From positions 1 through 42,027 of IMG/VR virus record IMGVR_UViG_3300025368_000004: a stretch of 42,027 bases of DNA; one strand, given 5' to 3'. Positions within the stretch are counted from its first letter, which is position 1, and the number at the start of each line of letters is the position of its first letter. Made by a program: the position numbers and the translations under genes. A model generated the notes under the pieces. The model ran no database searches, was not told the DNA's origin, and saw only the letters and a program-made list of their open reading frames with translations. Below, piece after piece: positions 7,291 through 16,058 of the stretch. This DNA is from a virus. Lineage: Duplodnaviria; Caudoviricetes.

Positions 7291-7515
7291 TTAAGCAGGT
7301 ATTTCTACTTTATCTTCAACTTTTTCTTCAATTGGTTCAAACCATTCAGGCTTAAGTAACATTAAAGATTTAATTCTTTGTGCAGGTACTTTGTTTTTCT
7401 TTTTCCACTTATAAGCAGCAACCACAGATAAACCTAGTATCTTTGCTACTTTATACATAGAACCTGCTCTCTTCTCTAACTCTTCAATACTGATGGTATC
7501 TATTTTCTTTGTCAT
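7291..7515 (-). CDS. Cro-like HTH transcriptional regulator
   Basis: AGSMYKVAKILGLSVVAAYKWKKKNKVPAQR helix-turn-helix; located at the divergence point. Confidence 0.8.
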   Translation of the reverse strand: MTKKIDTISIEELEKRAGSMYKVAKILGLSVVAAYKWKKKNKVPAQRIKSLMLLKPEWFEPIEEKVEDKVEIPA

Positions 7516-7689
7516 CTATTTCTCCTAAAAGATTTACTATACCATATTACTAAACCAAGGTTATCTATTAGGGTTTACCCTATTAGGGTTTATTGTTTGA
7601 AAATAATACAACATACTATTGATTTAGTTAACCAATATAGTAAACTACATTCATCAACAACAGGTTGATTAACTACAAAGGAGTTCCAA
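7516..7689. promoter_or_regulatory. Divergent promoter/operator region
   Basis: Leftward extended -10 TGGTATAGT (7544-7536). Rightward TTGATT-16-TAAACT (7619-7646). Palindrome TAGGGTTTACCCTA 7569-7582. Confidence 0.6.
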
Positions 7690-7944
7690 ATGAGTATGTT
7701 AACTGTGCTCTACAACAGCGCATTGGTAGAAGTTTACTTTACCTATGATAGTGGTCAAGTCGGCTCAACAGATAGTTTAGGTTTGAAGTATGAGCCTGAC
7801 TTTGATGAGTGCATTGAAATCGATGAAGTTGTTTACAACGGCATTGACATAATACCAGTCCTCAATGAGGATAACTTAGATGAGATTGAGCAATTGGTAT
7901 GGGACAAGATCCATGCATCACGCAACGAATATGATGGTGAATAA
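7690..7944 (+). CDS. Acidic hypothetical early protein
   Basis: AAGGAG RBS, 84 aa. Confidence 0.75.
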   Translation: MSMLTVLYNSALVEVYFTYDSGQVGSTDSLGLKYEPDFDECIEIDEVVYNGIDIIPVLNEDNLDEIEQLVWDKIHASRNEYDGE

Positions 7945-7945
7945 C

Positions 7946-8110
7946 ATGAGTATTAAAGATGAAGTAGATGCCTACAGAGAAGGTTTTGCGGATGGAAAAC
8001 AGTTTGTACTAGACATGATTGCTCAAAGTACTAAACATAAGTTTGAAGATATAGCAGATTTAATAATCTGGATTAGACAACAGAAGGAGTCCCAAAATGA
8101 AGTTAAGTAA
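7946..8110 (+). CDS. Hypothetical protein (54 aa)
   Basis: MSIKDEVDAYREGFADGK...; probable start lies right after the upstream stop. Confidence 0.6.
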   Translation: MSIKDEVDAYREGFADGKQFVLDMIAQSTKHKFEDIADLIIWIRQQKESQNEVK

Positions 8111-8261
8111 TCAACAATTAGATGATCTGTCATTTAGTGATCAATATGCAGAATTTATCATGGATATACAAACAGTATGCAATGGTGATGTTCTTATTAA
8201 GCTAATGGAACGTGGAGATTACTGGGAAGAGTTTTTAGAATCATTGGGAGTAGAGCAATGA
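8097..8261 (+). CDS. Small acidic hypothetical protein (54 aa, below the ORF-track cutoff)
   Basis: AAGGAG RBS; MKLSNQQLDDLSFSDQYAEFIMDIQTVCNGDVLIKLMERGDYWEEFLESLGVEQ. Confidence 0.65.
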   Translation: MKLSNQQLDDLSFSDQYAEFIMDIQTVCNGDVLIKLMERGDYWEEFLESLGVEQ

Positions 8262-8578
8262 AAACATTTAACCAATTCTTTGAAGATTTAGGACAAATGG
8301 TTAACAGGGGTTTAGCCCGTGCTACAGACCCTGAGACATCAAAAGAAGCTGCACAGTCAGTAGATCCTACAAAGTTAGAACAAATTGTTCTGGACACGAT
8401 TAGGAGCTTTCCACAGGGGTGCATTAGCCAGGACGTAGAGCATATGTTGGCTGAGTACAGAGCTAGTTCTATTACTCCCCGCTACAGACCTTTGATGAAG
8501 AAAGGTTTAATAGTGGATACAGGAGAGAAACGACCAGGTTTCTCAGGTCGTAATCAAAGGGTAATGAAGGCAATATGA
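8258..8578 (+). CDS. Winged-helix-like DNA-binding protein
   Basis: ARATDPETSKEAA...SITPRYRPLMKKGLIVDTGEKRPGFSGRNQRV. Confidence 0.7.
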   Translation: MKTFNQFFEDLGQMVNRGLARATDPETSKEAAQSVDPTKLEQIVLDTIRSFPQGCISQDVEHMLAEYRASSITPRYRPLMKKGLIVDTGEKRPGFSGRNQRVMKAI

Positions 8579-8650
8579 AAATTGAAACAGAAGGACCATA
8601 TAAATGGTCATTTAAAAAGAGATTAGTAAACTATTTTAAGGAGATCCAAA

Positions 8651-8851
8651 ATGAAATTAAAGCAAGACTACGAAGATTTTATAGCTAAGAATTTGAAAGA
8701 ATTCTACGGATTACATTATTGTGAACATTGTTTAGAAGTTCAGACAACCAATGAAGTTTGTTGTGGTCATAAGCACTTTATTGGATTTAGAGAATTTGAT
8801 AGAGACACCCAACGTAAGATAGTATCAACAGAGTTTGATCGCTATGCGTGA
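8651..8851 (+). CDS. Small Cys/His-rich (Zn-binding) protein
   Basis: YCEHC...CCGHKHF; AAGGAG RBS. Confidence 0.7.
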   Translation: MKLKQDYEDFIAKNLKEFYGLHYCEHCLEVQTTNEVCCGHKHFIGFREFDRDTQRKIVSTEFDRYA

Positions 8852-9104
8852 AGAGTGCAATGAGGCGAAAAAATATTGTGGAATTAGGAGACACACAAAG
8901 TCTCTTAAGTCCGAAAATTTGTATCGCATTGTGTACAAAGGTATCATGAGATGTGACACTTGTGATACTGTTTATGAATATGAAGTAGTTAACCAACAAA
9001 TAATTTATAAGATTAGGAATAAAACAAATGAACACATATCAGAAATTGAATCTAGCGAGGAGCAGGTTTCATCAACAGAAACTGAAGAAGTCGGGGTTAA
9101 ATAA
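8835..9104 (+). CDS. Possible small Zn-ribbon protein
   Basis: Fills the gap before ERF; CDTC motif; tail overlaps the ERF gene. Confidence 0.4.
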   Translation: MIAMREECNEAKKYCGIRRHTKSLKSENLYRIVYKGIMRCDTCDTVYEYEVVNQQIIYKIRNKTNEHISEIESSEEQVSSTETEEVGVK

Positions 9105-9645
9105 GTTTGCAGGGTATCAGTATTTTGAGCTTGGAGATTTTCTTATTCCTGCTTTAAATATCTTTGATGAAGTAGGTTTGTGCTCCAATATATCTTTTGA
9201 AAAAGAATATGCAACCATGACAATAGTAAACATAGATGCTCCTGGTGAGCATACTATTGTCATTACTTCACCAATGGGAAGCGCTGCACTTAAGGGATGC
9301 CACGAAGTGCAAAACATTGGTGCAGTAGAAACCTATCAAAGAAGATATTTGTGGGTTGCTGCACTTGAGATTGTTGAGCATGATGTATTAGATGCTACAA
9401 CTGGACAGACCCCCGTTAAACGTCAGACCCCCACCGATAGCGTTATAGAGCTTGATGAGGACTCTGAAAACAAATTGACAGACATTGCCATAGGTATTGA
9501 AGATATCGTCTCACAGGGCGATATAGTGGGTGCATACAAAGAGTATTTAAAAGTGACAGATGACGAAGAAAAAACATTTCTTTGGAAGAAGTTAACTAGT
9601 ACAACAAGGTCAGCAATTAAGAAACATGGAGAATCTTTAAAATGA
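9028..9645 (+). CDS. erf: ERF-family single-strand annealing protein
   Basis: KKSGLNKFAGYQYFELGDF and QNIGAVETYQRRYL signature. Confidence 0.85.
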   Translation: MNTYQKLNLARSRFHQQKLKKSGLNKFAGYQYFELGDFLIPALNIFDEVGLCSNISFEKEYATMTIVNIDAPGEHTIVITSPMGSAALKGCHEVQNIGAVETYQRRYLWVAALEIVEHDVLDATTGQTPVKRQTPTDSVIELDEDSENKLTDIAIGIEDIVSQGDIVGAYKEYLKVTDDEEKTFLWKKLTSTTRSAIKKHGESLK

Positions 9646-9902
9646 GTGAATACAGAGCAACATTTGACAACACAAACAAAGGTACATTGTTTAAAAACGA
9701 CAATGCTAAAAAAGAAACAGATCCCGTATACAAGGGTCAGATTAATGTAAATGGTACAGAGTACTGGTTAAGTGCTTGGATTAAAGAAAGCAAAAAAGAT
9801 AAAAAGAAATTCTTTAGCTTATCATTAACACCAAAAGACAGAGACATACAACAATCTACACGCAGAGAAATCCCAGATGAGGACGATACTGTACCCTTTT
9901 AA
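9642..9902 (+). CDS. SSB-like protein
   Basis: GTLFKND...PVYKGQINVNGTEYWLSAW; acidic C-terminus ending DDTVPF. Confidence 0.75.
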   Translation: MSEYRATFDNTNKGTLFKNDNAKKETDPVYKGQINVNGTEYWLSAWIKESKKDKKKFFSLSLTPKDRDIQQSTRREIPDEDDTVPF

Positions 9903-9910
9903 CCAGTTTT

Positions 9911-9956
9911 GGGTAGGCATGGGGATTTTGATTGGACTCCTGCCCCGTGTCTACCC
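9911..9956 (+). ncRNA. Candidate hairpin sRNA with an anti-RBS loop
   Basis: 14-bp stem GGGTAGGCATGGGG/CCCCGTGTCTACCC (2 G-U). The 18-nt loop ATTTTGATTGGACTCCTG is complementary to the RBSs at 1694, 7679, 8085 and 8639. Confidence 0.55.
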
Positions 9957-9971
9957 TACCAGGAGGATAAT

Positions 9972-10073
9972 ATGCTTATAGATTCTTTAATATTTGCAGC
10001 ACTCTGTATGATTGGAGGTGCAGTTTTTACGTTAATATCTTGGCTAGTTTTAATATTTCTTTGCGAATCATAG
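9972..10073 (+). CDS. Small hydrophobic membrane peptide (33 aa)
   Basis: AGGAGG RBS at 9961; MLIDSLIFAALCMIGGAVFTLISWLVLIFLCES. Confidence 0.65.
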   Translation: MLIDSLIFAALCMIGGAVFTLISWLVLIFLCES

Positions 10074-10200
10074 GGGGATCATAATTGCGCCAAGCAACTA
10101 TCCTGGTAGATGAGAAAGGCTTGGTCCTGTACCGCACCCCCTGAAATTTTGATGCGGTATAGATCCTTTTAGCACCTGGCAGAGGGCAGGTTAATCTACT
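10073..10200 (+). ncRNA. Candidate multi-stem structured RNA between convergent operons
   Basis: Four stems and two possible loop-loop or pseudoknot pairings (see findings). Confidence 0.45.
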
Positions 10201-10621
10201 AACCCTCTATCTTTTTACCTGCTTTTAGGTCGGCTAATGTAAGACCATTGGTGAATTGGAAGTGAGCCTGTTCTTTGAACGATTTCCAATTTCCTGCCCA
10301 TTCAAGCCCAATACTCTCTCCTATCTCTGCTATTTTTTTCCAAACTGGGTGAGATCCATCCCAGTCGGGTTTCCCAGAGACAAGCGGAACGACATCCAAA
10401 GCACAACGATAATTGTGAAAAGATTCACCACCTTTAGCGTTAGTGACAATCTTTCCATCTTTAGTGCGTCCTTGAGCATAGAGTTCATTTTGCGACTCAA
10501 TATCTCTATAAGTGCTTGTAACCAATAGGTCAATATCATTTTGTTTACAAGTTTCAATAAAGGCTTCAGCTTTACTTTTAACCACAGGAAGTAGTTCATT
10601 TAAATCTCTAGAATTAATCAT
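10199..10621 (-). CDS. Endolysin, peptidase M15 (L-Ala-D-Glu peptidase type)
   Basis: YR..E.Q..LYAQGRT..GKIVTNAKGGESFHNY..ALD...EWAG.WKSFKE..HFQ. Probable start is ATG 10621, coupled to the holin stop. Confidence 0.9.
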   Translation of the reverse strand: MINSRDLNELLPVVKSKAEAFIETCKQNDIDLLVTSTYRDIESQNELYAQGRTKDGKIVTNAKGGESFHNYRCALDVVPLVSGKPDWDGSHPVWKKIAEIGESIGLEWAGNWKSFKEQAHFQFTNGLTLADLKAGKKIEG

Positions 10622-11124
10622 TTTGTGTTTGGTGTTGAGTTGTGAAGCATTATGTCTTTGTTTTGTGAGCCTAATGTTGACCCAAAATAATAGGCAATTA
10701 TTCCAGTCCAAGCAGTTCCTAAGCTGCCAAGCATAATCATCAACGCTTCTGAAGTTTTAAATTGCTCGGTCATAAGACCTATCAATATTCCAAAGAATCC
10801 CAAGGTAACCAATATGGCTAATGTGGGCGGAACAACAGAATGAACCTTAGACTGCATATCTCTAGCAGATGCTCTATCTTGAATTGCTAGTTGTTCAAAG
10901 TTTAAACCCAACTCTTGCGCTTTAGCTTTTAAAGCAATCTCAGCTTGTTGAATAGATGCTACTTGTTCAGCAGTTAACTTATTATCTTGTATTTGTTTTT
11001 GTATATCCTCAGACTTCATACCCAAAGCAGATTCAAGTGCAGATATTGCCATACCCGCAACTGGAGTACCCAATGCTGAAGCAACTGTAGGGGCTAGTTG
11101 TTCTATTGTTTTTAACCAATCCAT
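10618..11124 (-). CDS. Putative holin
   Basis: DRASARDMQ followed by two TM helices and YYFGS; immediately upstream of the endolysin. Confidence 0.75.
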   Translation of the reverse strand: MDWLKTIEQLAPTVASALGTPVAGMAISALESALGMKSEDIQKQIQDNKLTAEQVASIQQAEIALKAKAQELGLNFEQLAIQDRASARDMQSKVHSVVPPTLAILVTLGFFGILIGLMTEQFKTSEALMIMLGSLGTAWTGIIAYYFGSTLGSQNKDIMLHNSTPNTK

Positions 11125-11133
11125 ATTATTCTC

Positions 11134-11398
11134 CTAATTACAGTATCTTGGTAGATACCCAGTTTGCCTAAACATTTTGTAACACTCAACCTCTTTACCA
11201 TCATTCATAAAGTTTTTTTTAAACTCTATATACCAACCTTCATCTTCTCTTCTGGTTAAATAGTCTTGCCTGATGTAAAACATTAAACCAAATATAGTTA
11301 ACAGTACTGCAACAATTGACGTACCGATAGCAATTCTGTAATGCAAAAGATCAAGTTGTTTTTGCCTGTCTCTAGCATCCTTGATATCCTTTTTTTTT
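11134..11398 (-). CDS. -1 frame extension (TM-containing) of the 11777 gene
   Basis: Frame is open from the A9 run: KDIKDARDRQKQLDLLHYRIAIGTSIVAVLLTIFGLMFYIRQ... Only a TTG start is available ahead of the TM segment. Confidence 0.55.
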
Positions 11399-11777
11399 GA
11401 GCAATATCAAATTTAGCTTTGTCTGCCAATAACTTACTACGTTCTGCCTGAAACTCATCCCACATAGCACCCAATTCTTTAGGTGTCTCATAAATTAAAG
11501 TTTGCCTGAGATCGTATTCTGCGTGTTGTAATTGCTTTCTAGCAAGTACATTTTCTAAGGCTTGAGTTTGAATAGATTTACCCTTGGGAGGGTTCTTTTC
11601 TCTTTCTTTTAATTCTTTATGGGCTTTTTCACTATGCTCAAAAAATGATCCCAACCCTTGAGATATCTCCTGCATAACCCCAAAAGCCTCTTTGCCTGTA
11701 TTCTTAAACTCTTTGTACATAGCAACACCCTGCTTAACCGCAGAGAGTACTGCTAGACAGGCAGTAATCGGTTCCAT
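11298..11777 (-). CDS. Helical hypothetical protein in the lysis region (159 aa)
   Basis: Start MEPITACLAV at a TAATG overlap with the upstream stop. Confidence 0.75.
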   Translation of the reverse strand: MEPITACLAVLSAVKQGVAMYKEFKNTGKEAFGVMQEISQGLGSFFEHSEKAHKELKEREKNPPKGKSIQTQALENVLARKQLQHAEYDLRQTLIYETPKELGAMWDEFQAERSKLLADKAKFDIAQKKRISRMLETGKNNLIFCITELLSVRQLLQYC

Positions 11778-11998
11778 TACTTCTTCCAGAATTGGATGAA
11801 TGCAGTCAACGCAGTAAAGAACCCTACAACAATAATAATAGGCTTGGCTACATTGGCTATCCATCCAAGCACTTTAAACGCACCCTGGACGTTATTAAAC
11901 GCTTCTACCATACCTTTGGTATTGATATCAATGTCATCAACCTTGGCTTCTAAAGAAACCAACCTTTCGTATATTTGTTCGTGGGTTACGTTTTCCAT
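11777..11998 (-). CDS. Small coiled-coil plus TM protein (holin/antiholin-like)
   Basis: 73 aa; C-terminal hydrophobic helix ending KK. Confidence 0.7.
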   Translation of the reverse strand: MENVTHEQIYERLVSLEAKVDDIDINTKGMVEAFNNVQGAFKVLGWIANVAKPIIIVVGFFTALTAFIQFWKK

Positions 11999-13404
11999 TA
12001 TTTTCCACCAGTTTGCTGAAGAAATGCCTGACGATATGGAGAACCTAATTTTCCATATTCTTTATATTGTTCAAGTTGTTTGCTAGTTAACTTACCTGAT
12101 TCAACAGGTGTTGGTGTCGCACCAATTGGAAGCAATGATTCACCAAGATTTTGCTTTGCTTGACTTATTTCATAAGCATTTTTAGCATTTACAAATTCTG
12201 GCAATGCAACTAAAGCAGATAGCAACGCAGCACCTTTAACAGTTTTACTGCCTCCTGCTTTTTTGATTTCAGATAATTGATCTTTCATTGATTTAGTCAA
12301 ATTAATTTTTGGACCTTCAATGTTTTCTTTTCTAAAGATTTTAATTAAATCATTTTCATCTTTTGTTAAGCCACCACCTGTCATTTTTCCTTTTTCATCT
12401 ACAGGATACGCAGGTGTTTTACCTAATATTTCTGTAACTTTTTTGTAAGCATCTTCACCATGCTCACCACCACCATAAAATGAAGTTAAGTATTTTTTCA
12501 TACTCAATTCTGGCTTGGTTAATCCAGATGCTTCAAGTTCTGCAATTTTAGAACCTCTGGGTGCTCTAGGTTTAACGCTACCTTTAACTTCTTTTTTAAC
12601 TTGCTCAACACCACCTTGTGTAGGATTTTCGGCAGAATTAGTTAAATTACCTGACTCTTTTGTCGTATTTGTTTCAGCAGGAAATGCTGCATTAGGTGTA
12701 GCACTAGCACTTGTAGCCTCAACTTGAGTTAACCCTTGTCCTTCAGGATTATGTAATGGTGATGTACCTTCTCCACTTACAATTGGATTAGGTTCAGTAG
12801 TAGCAATAGGAGATGTTGGATTAACAGGAACTTGTGGACTTGTTTCTGCCTTTAATACTTGTTGAGCAGGTGTAACAGGAGCAGGTTGAGCAGGAGGAGC
12901 TACCGCACCCGTGGCAAAGTTAGCCATCTCTTGAGGAGTTGACGTAGTTGCTACAGGTGTTGGAGCTTGTGCATTAGGTAAAGTAACAGGTGCAGTTGAT
13001 GCAGGAGGTGCAACAGGTGCAGAAGCTACTGGAGGAGATGTTGGTGCAACTGGAGCTTCTGGCAATAATGTTGGCTCAATTCTTCCAGTTTGTCTTTGTT
13101 GATTAATATCTAATAAAGGCTCAATTTTTTCTGCAATTTTTTCGCTTTGTCTTTGAGGTCTGCCTTCATTTTTTATGCTTTGATATTTTTCATATTCATT
13201 TTTGGCCATTTTTAAGCCAAGACCTGTTGCCAATGTAATAGCAGCAGGTTTTATGTAACTATATGGTTCTGCAGGATTATCAATTTTAGGTTGCTCAGGA
13301 TGCTCTCCAGCAGTTTCTTCTTTGATGACTTGTTCTATTTCTTTGTCATCAATACCTGCTTCTTTAGCTTCTTTTCTGTAACCTTCTACATTAAACTTAG
13401 CCAT
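11998..13404 (-). CDS. Putative internal virion/ejection protein
   Basis: 468 aa with a Pro/Ala/Thr-rich linker; position after the tail genes. Confidence 0.55.
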   Translation of the reverse strand: MAKFNVEGYRKEAKEAGIDDKEIEQVIKEETAGEHPEQPKIDNPAEPYSYIKPAAITLATGLGLKMAKNEYEKYQSIKNEGRPQRQSEKIAEKIEPLLDINQQRQTGRIEPTLLPEAPVAPTSPPVASAPVAPPASTAPVTLPNAQAPTPVATTSTPQEMANFATGAVAPPAQPAPVTPAQQVLKAETSPQVPVNPTSPIATTEPNPIVSGEGTSPLHNPEGQGLTQVEATSASATPNAAFPAETNTTKESGNLTNSAENPTQGGVEQVKKEVKGSVKPRAPRGSKIAELEASGLTKPELSMKKYLTSFYGGGEHGEDAYKKVTEILGKTPAYPVDEKGKMTGGGLTKDENDLIKIFRKENIEGPKINLTKSMKDQLSEIKKAGGSKTVKGAALLSALVALPEFVNAKNAYEISQAKQNLGESLLPIGATPTPVESGKLTSKQLEQYKEYGKLGSPYRQAFLQQTGGK

Positions 13405-13406
13405 GA

Positions 13407-14978
13407 TTAATCCTTGATTCTATGTTTTTCTCTCAAGGCTTGTTTGTCTATTGGCTCTTTTCTTTGAACTGGAGCTATAGGTGATGTTGCTTGAGTTACA
13501 TTATTTGCTTGTTGCGTTGGAGTGCTAATAGATTTTTTCATAAAAGAATCTTGTCTTTTTCTTATTTCTTGAGACTCTAAACTGTAAACCTTTTGCAATT
13601 GTTTAAATCTTGGAGATTGTGTAAAAGCAATTTCTAATTCATGTGGGTTTGGAACTTGATCTGAAGGAAAAAGTTTCATTTGATCTTTTTTCCATTCATT
13701 AAACTCTTGCATTACATCTGCATTAAATCTGCCTTGTACTGCTTGCAATTCAGATCTCTTTAATGGATCATCTATTGCCATTGCATTAGGAACAACTAAA
13801 AAAGAAGGAACTCCATATTTTTGAGAAAGTTCTGTTCTTTTGTTTTCTAATTGCTTATCTATATCTAAAGTTTCAGCAAGTAATTGCTGATGCTCTGGTT
13901 TCATATTGGTAAATAATTTACTTTTTGCTAAATCATTTTTTGTTTGGTTGTAATTTGTTTCGTAATTGTTATTTTTCTGAAACGAATCTTGTAATTGTTG
14001 TAATTTATCATTGCCAATTTTTTCGCCTTTGCTATTGGTTAATGACCCATCACCTTGTAATGTTAAGCCAAACATACTTGCATAAGCACTTAAAGACTTT
14101 CTTTGTGCTTCATCAATATGCTTGTTTTTTGATTCGTTTAATTGTTTTAACGCATTGAAACCTGCGGTAACACTTTGTGTAAAACCAGATTGACCAGAAG
14201 TAATACCTGCAACAAAAGCATACTCTTCTGGAGACATTCCAGCATTTCTAAGGATAAATAAATTATCTTGTTTTATTCTGTTTAATTCTTTTTCTTGAGG
14301 CGCAAAAGCCGCCCATGCCTGTGAAGTCTCATTATTTTTTAATAAGGCATCATTATTAAATTCATTAGTTTTTATTAGATTTTTTCTTGCAATGGTATTG
14401 CTTAATTCAGACTGTGAAAGAGCTAATTCATTTTTATCTACAGGTTGACCAGTAGCAAGATTAACTGCATTCAATGGTTCGCCAAGTTCATTTACATGAT
14501 ATTCAATTGGCTGACCTTTATCGTTATATTTAATTTCTCTTTTGGTAATTCCACCAGTTAATTCTTGATATGCTTTAGGATTACCAGACATGGTTTGAAC
14601 AAAGTAATTCATAAACCTTTCACCAAATGGTTTATCTTTTACTGTTTCATACGTTTGAGCAAACTTTAATCTTCCTTCAGGTGAAGTTAATCCACCAGTT
14701 TGTTCAATTGGTTTAATAACTTTATTATATTCATCAGAAGTTCTATAAAGAACGTCAGCAGCAGTTTTTGCCGCATCACCTGTTGCAGTACCAAATTTAT
14801 CTACTGCTAATTTAACTAAAGATTCTGGATTTCTGCTTTTAACTGCATTGCTATATCTTGAGTGATCGTCTTCAAGAACAGTAGGATCAGATTCGCCATT
14901 AACAGGAGTAACTTTACTAACCTGTGCAATTGGAGATACAGGTTGTAATGGTTGATTTGGTATAGAACTAGTAGTCAT
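13407..14978 (-). CDS. Putative internal virion/ejection protein
   Basis: 523 aa, helical, Q/N/K-rich; synteny. Confidence 0.55.
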   Translation of the reverse strand: MTTSSIPNQPLQPVSPIAQVSKVTPVNGESDPTVLEDDHSRYSNAVKSRNPESLVKLAVDKFGTATGDAAKTAADVLYRTSDEYNKVIKPIEQTGGLTSPEGRLKFAQTYETVKDKPFGERFMNYFVQTMSGNPKAYQELTGGITKREIKYNDKGQPIEYHVNELGEPLNAVNLATGQPVDKNELALSQSELSNTIARKNLIKTNEFNNDALLKNNETSQAWAAFAPQEKELNRIKQDNLFILRNAGMSPEEYAFVAGITSGQSGFTQSVTAGFNALKQLNESKNKHIDEAQRKSLSAYASMFGLTLQGDGSLTNSKGEKIGNDKLQQLQDSFQKNNNYETNYNQTKNDLAKSKLFTNMKPEHQQLLAETLDIDKQLENKRTELSQKYGVPSFLVVPNAMAIDDPLKRSELQAVQGRFNADVMQEFNEWKKDQMKLFPSDQVPNPHELEIAFTQSPRFKQLQKVYSLESQEIRKRQDSFMKKSISTPTQQANNVTQATSPIAPVQRKEPIDKQALREKHRIKD

Positions 14979-14983
14979 AATAT

Positions 14984-15346
14984 TTAAACCATAAATAAAG
15001 CGTCTATAGCACCACCTGCTGCATCGGCATCTAAAGCGTCAGCACCAATGCCCAAAGGAGATCCTCCACCTAAGCCAGGCAATGCTCCAGGAGCTTGAGG
15101 CATCAATGATGGTCCATTTGGTTGAGGACCGCTTAAACTTGAATCAAAAGATGGGTTTGCTTGACTTAAAGAAGGAAGATTTGTAGAAGTTGGATTAGAT
15201 TTATCAGGAGGAGCAATACCCATCATGGATCCCAAAGTAGGAGCCATTGCAAGAATTAAACCATTTTTTAACTTTTGCTTGTTTTCATCACCAAGCAAAG
15301 AGTTATATTGATTCCAATCAGCAGAAGGGTTAGGCATGAAATTCAT
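14984..15346 (-). CDS. Low-complexity virion-associated protein
   Basis: 120 aa, G/P/S-rich, coupled to its neighbours. Confidence 0.55.
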   Translation of the reverse strand: MNFMPNPSADWNQYNSLLGDENKQKLKNGLILAMAPTLGSMMGIAPPDKSNPTSTNLPSLSQANPSFDSSLSGPQPNGPSLMPQAPGALPGLGGGSPLGIGADALDADAAGGAIDALFMV

Positions 15347-16056
15347 ATTTTAAATCCTGATGATTTGCCAGATCCAGATTGATTTTGTCCCTGTGTACCA
15401 GAGTAATTTGGTGTTTGTGATGGGGCACCAAATAGTAAACTTGCATACTGACCATAGTTTGTTAATGGTGCAGAAGCATATCCTAAAGTTGATCCAATAG
15501 TTCCAGGTGCTGCTCCTAAGTTTGCAGTACCCGCATTGAGTAAAGATTGTCCTGCACTTGCTCTACCCGCAGTAATCCCTGCCTCAGTTTGTGCTGCAAT
15601 AGATCCAAGAGTTTGTTGATTAATGTTTTGCGTTTGTTGAGCTGCCAAAGCATCTCTAGCAGACCCAAGTTCACCTGCCCCTGCAAATCCTGCTTGTTGT
15701 GCTACATTGGCTCTTTGTGCCGCTTGTTCGGCAGGAGCTAATGCACCTTGAACTTGCTCTTGTTCGTATTGCGGACTAAATAAATTACTTAACCCTTGTG
15801 TACCTTGTTGTAAAGCATTAGCACCAACATTGCCTTGTATATTACCTGCGGTATTAGCAGTATTTATAGCATTTTGTGCAGCTTGATTAACCTGCCCTGC
15901 TTGACCTTGATATGCCTGACCTGCGCCTTGTGTAACTCCAGAAAGCGTAGGTAAATAACTTTGCAGAAACTGGTTCTGTAAGTTAATAGTTTGTATTTGC
16001 TCAGGTGTTAGTTGAGCCTGAGTTGATTGACTACCTGATGACTTTCCTCCACCCAT
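15343..16056 (-). CDS. Putative DNA ejection/pilot protein
   Basis: MGGGKSSGSQST N-terminus; Q/A/G-rich, like podovirus small ejection proteins. Confidence 0.6.
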   Translation of the reverse strand: MGGGKSSGSQSTQAQLTPEQIQTINLQNQFLQSYLPTLSGVTQGAGQAYQGQAGQVNQAAQNAINTANTAGNIQGNVGANALQQGTQGLSNLFSPQYEQEQVQGALAPAEQAAQRANVAQQAGFAGAGELGSARDALAAQQTQNINQQTLGSIAAQTEAGITAGRASAGQSLLNAGTANLGAAPGTIGSTLGYASAPLTNYGQYASLLFGAPSQTPNYSGTQGQNQSGSGKSSGFKI

Positions 16057-16058
16057 GA

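Noticed and set aside
7170-7355. 61-aa plus-strand ORF
   Set aside because: Antisense to the Cro-like gene and the structured leader, with no clear RBS.
7291-7944. Lysogeny switch (cI/cro)
   Set aside because: The divergent gene is not a repressor and no integrase is seen. The ParB-like domain sits among late genes with no ParA.
9905-10200. tRNA or known small ribozyme
   Set aside because: No T-loop/anticodon cloverleaf and no hammerhead CUGANGA/GAAA core found; kept only as unknown structured RNA.
10622-10711. N-terminal extension of the endolysin (signal/SAR)
   Set aside because: It overlaps the holin in another frame. The ATGA-coupled start at 10621 is more plausible.
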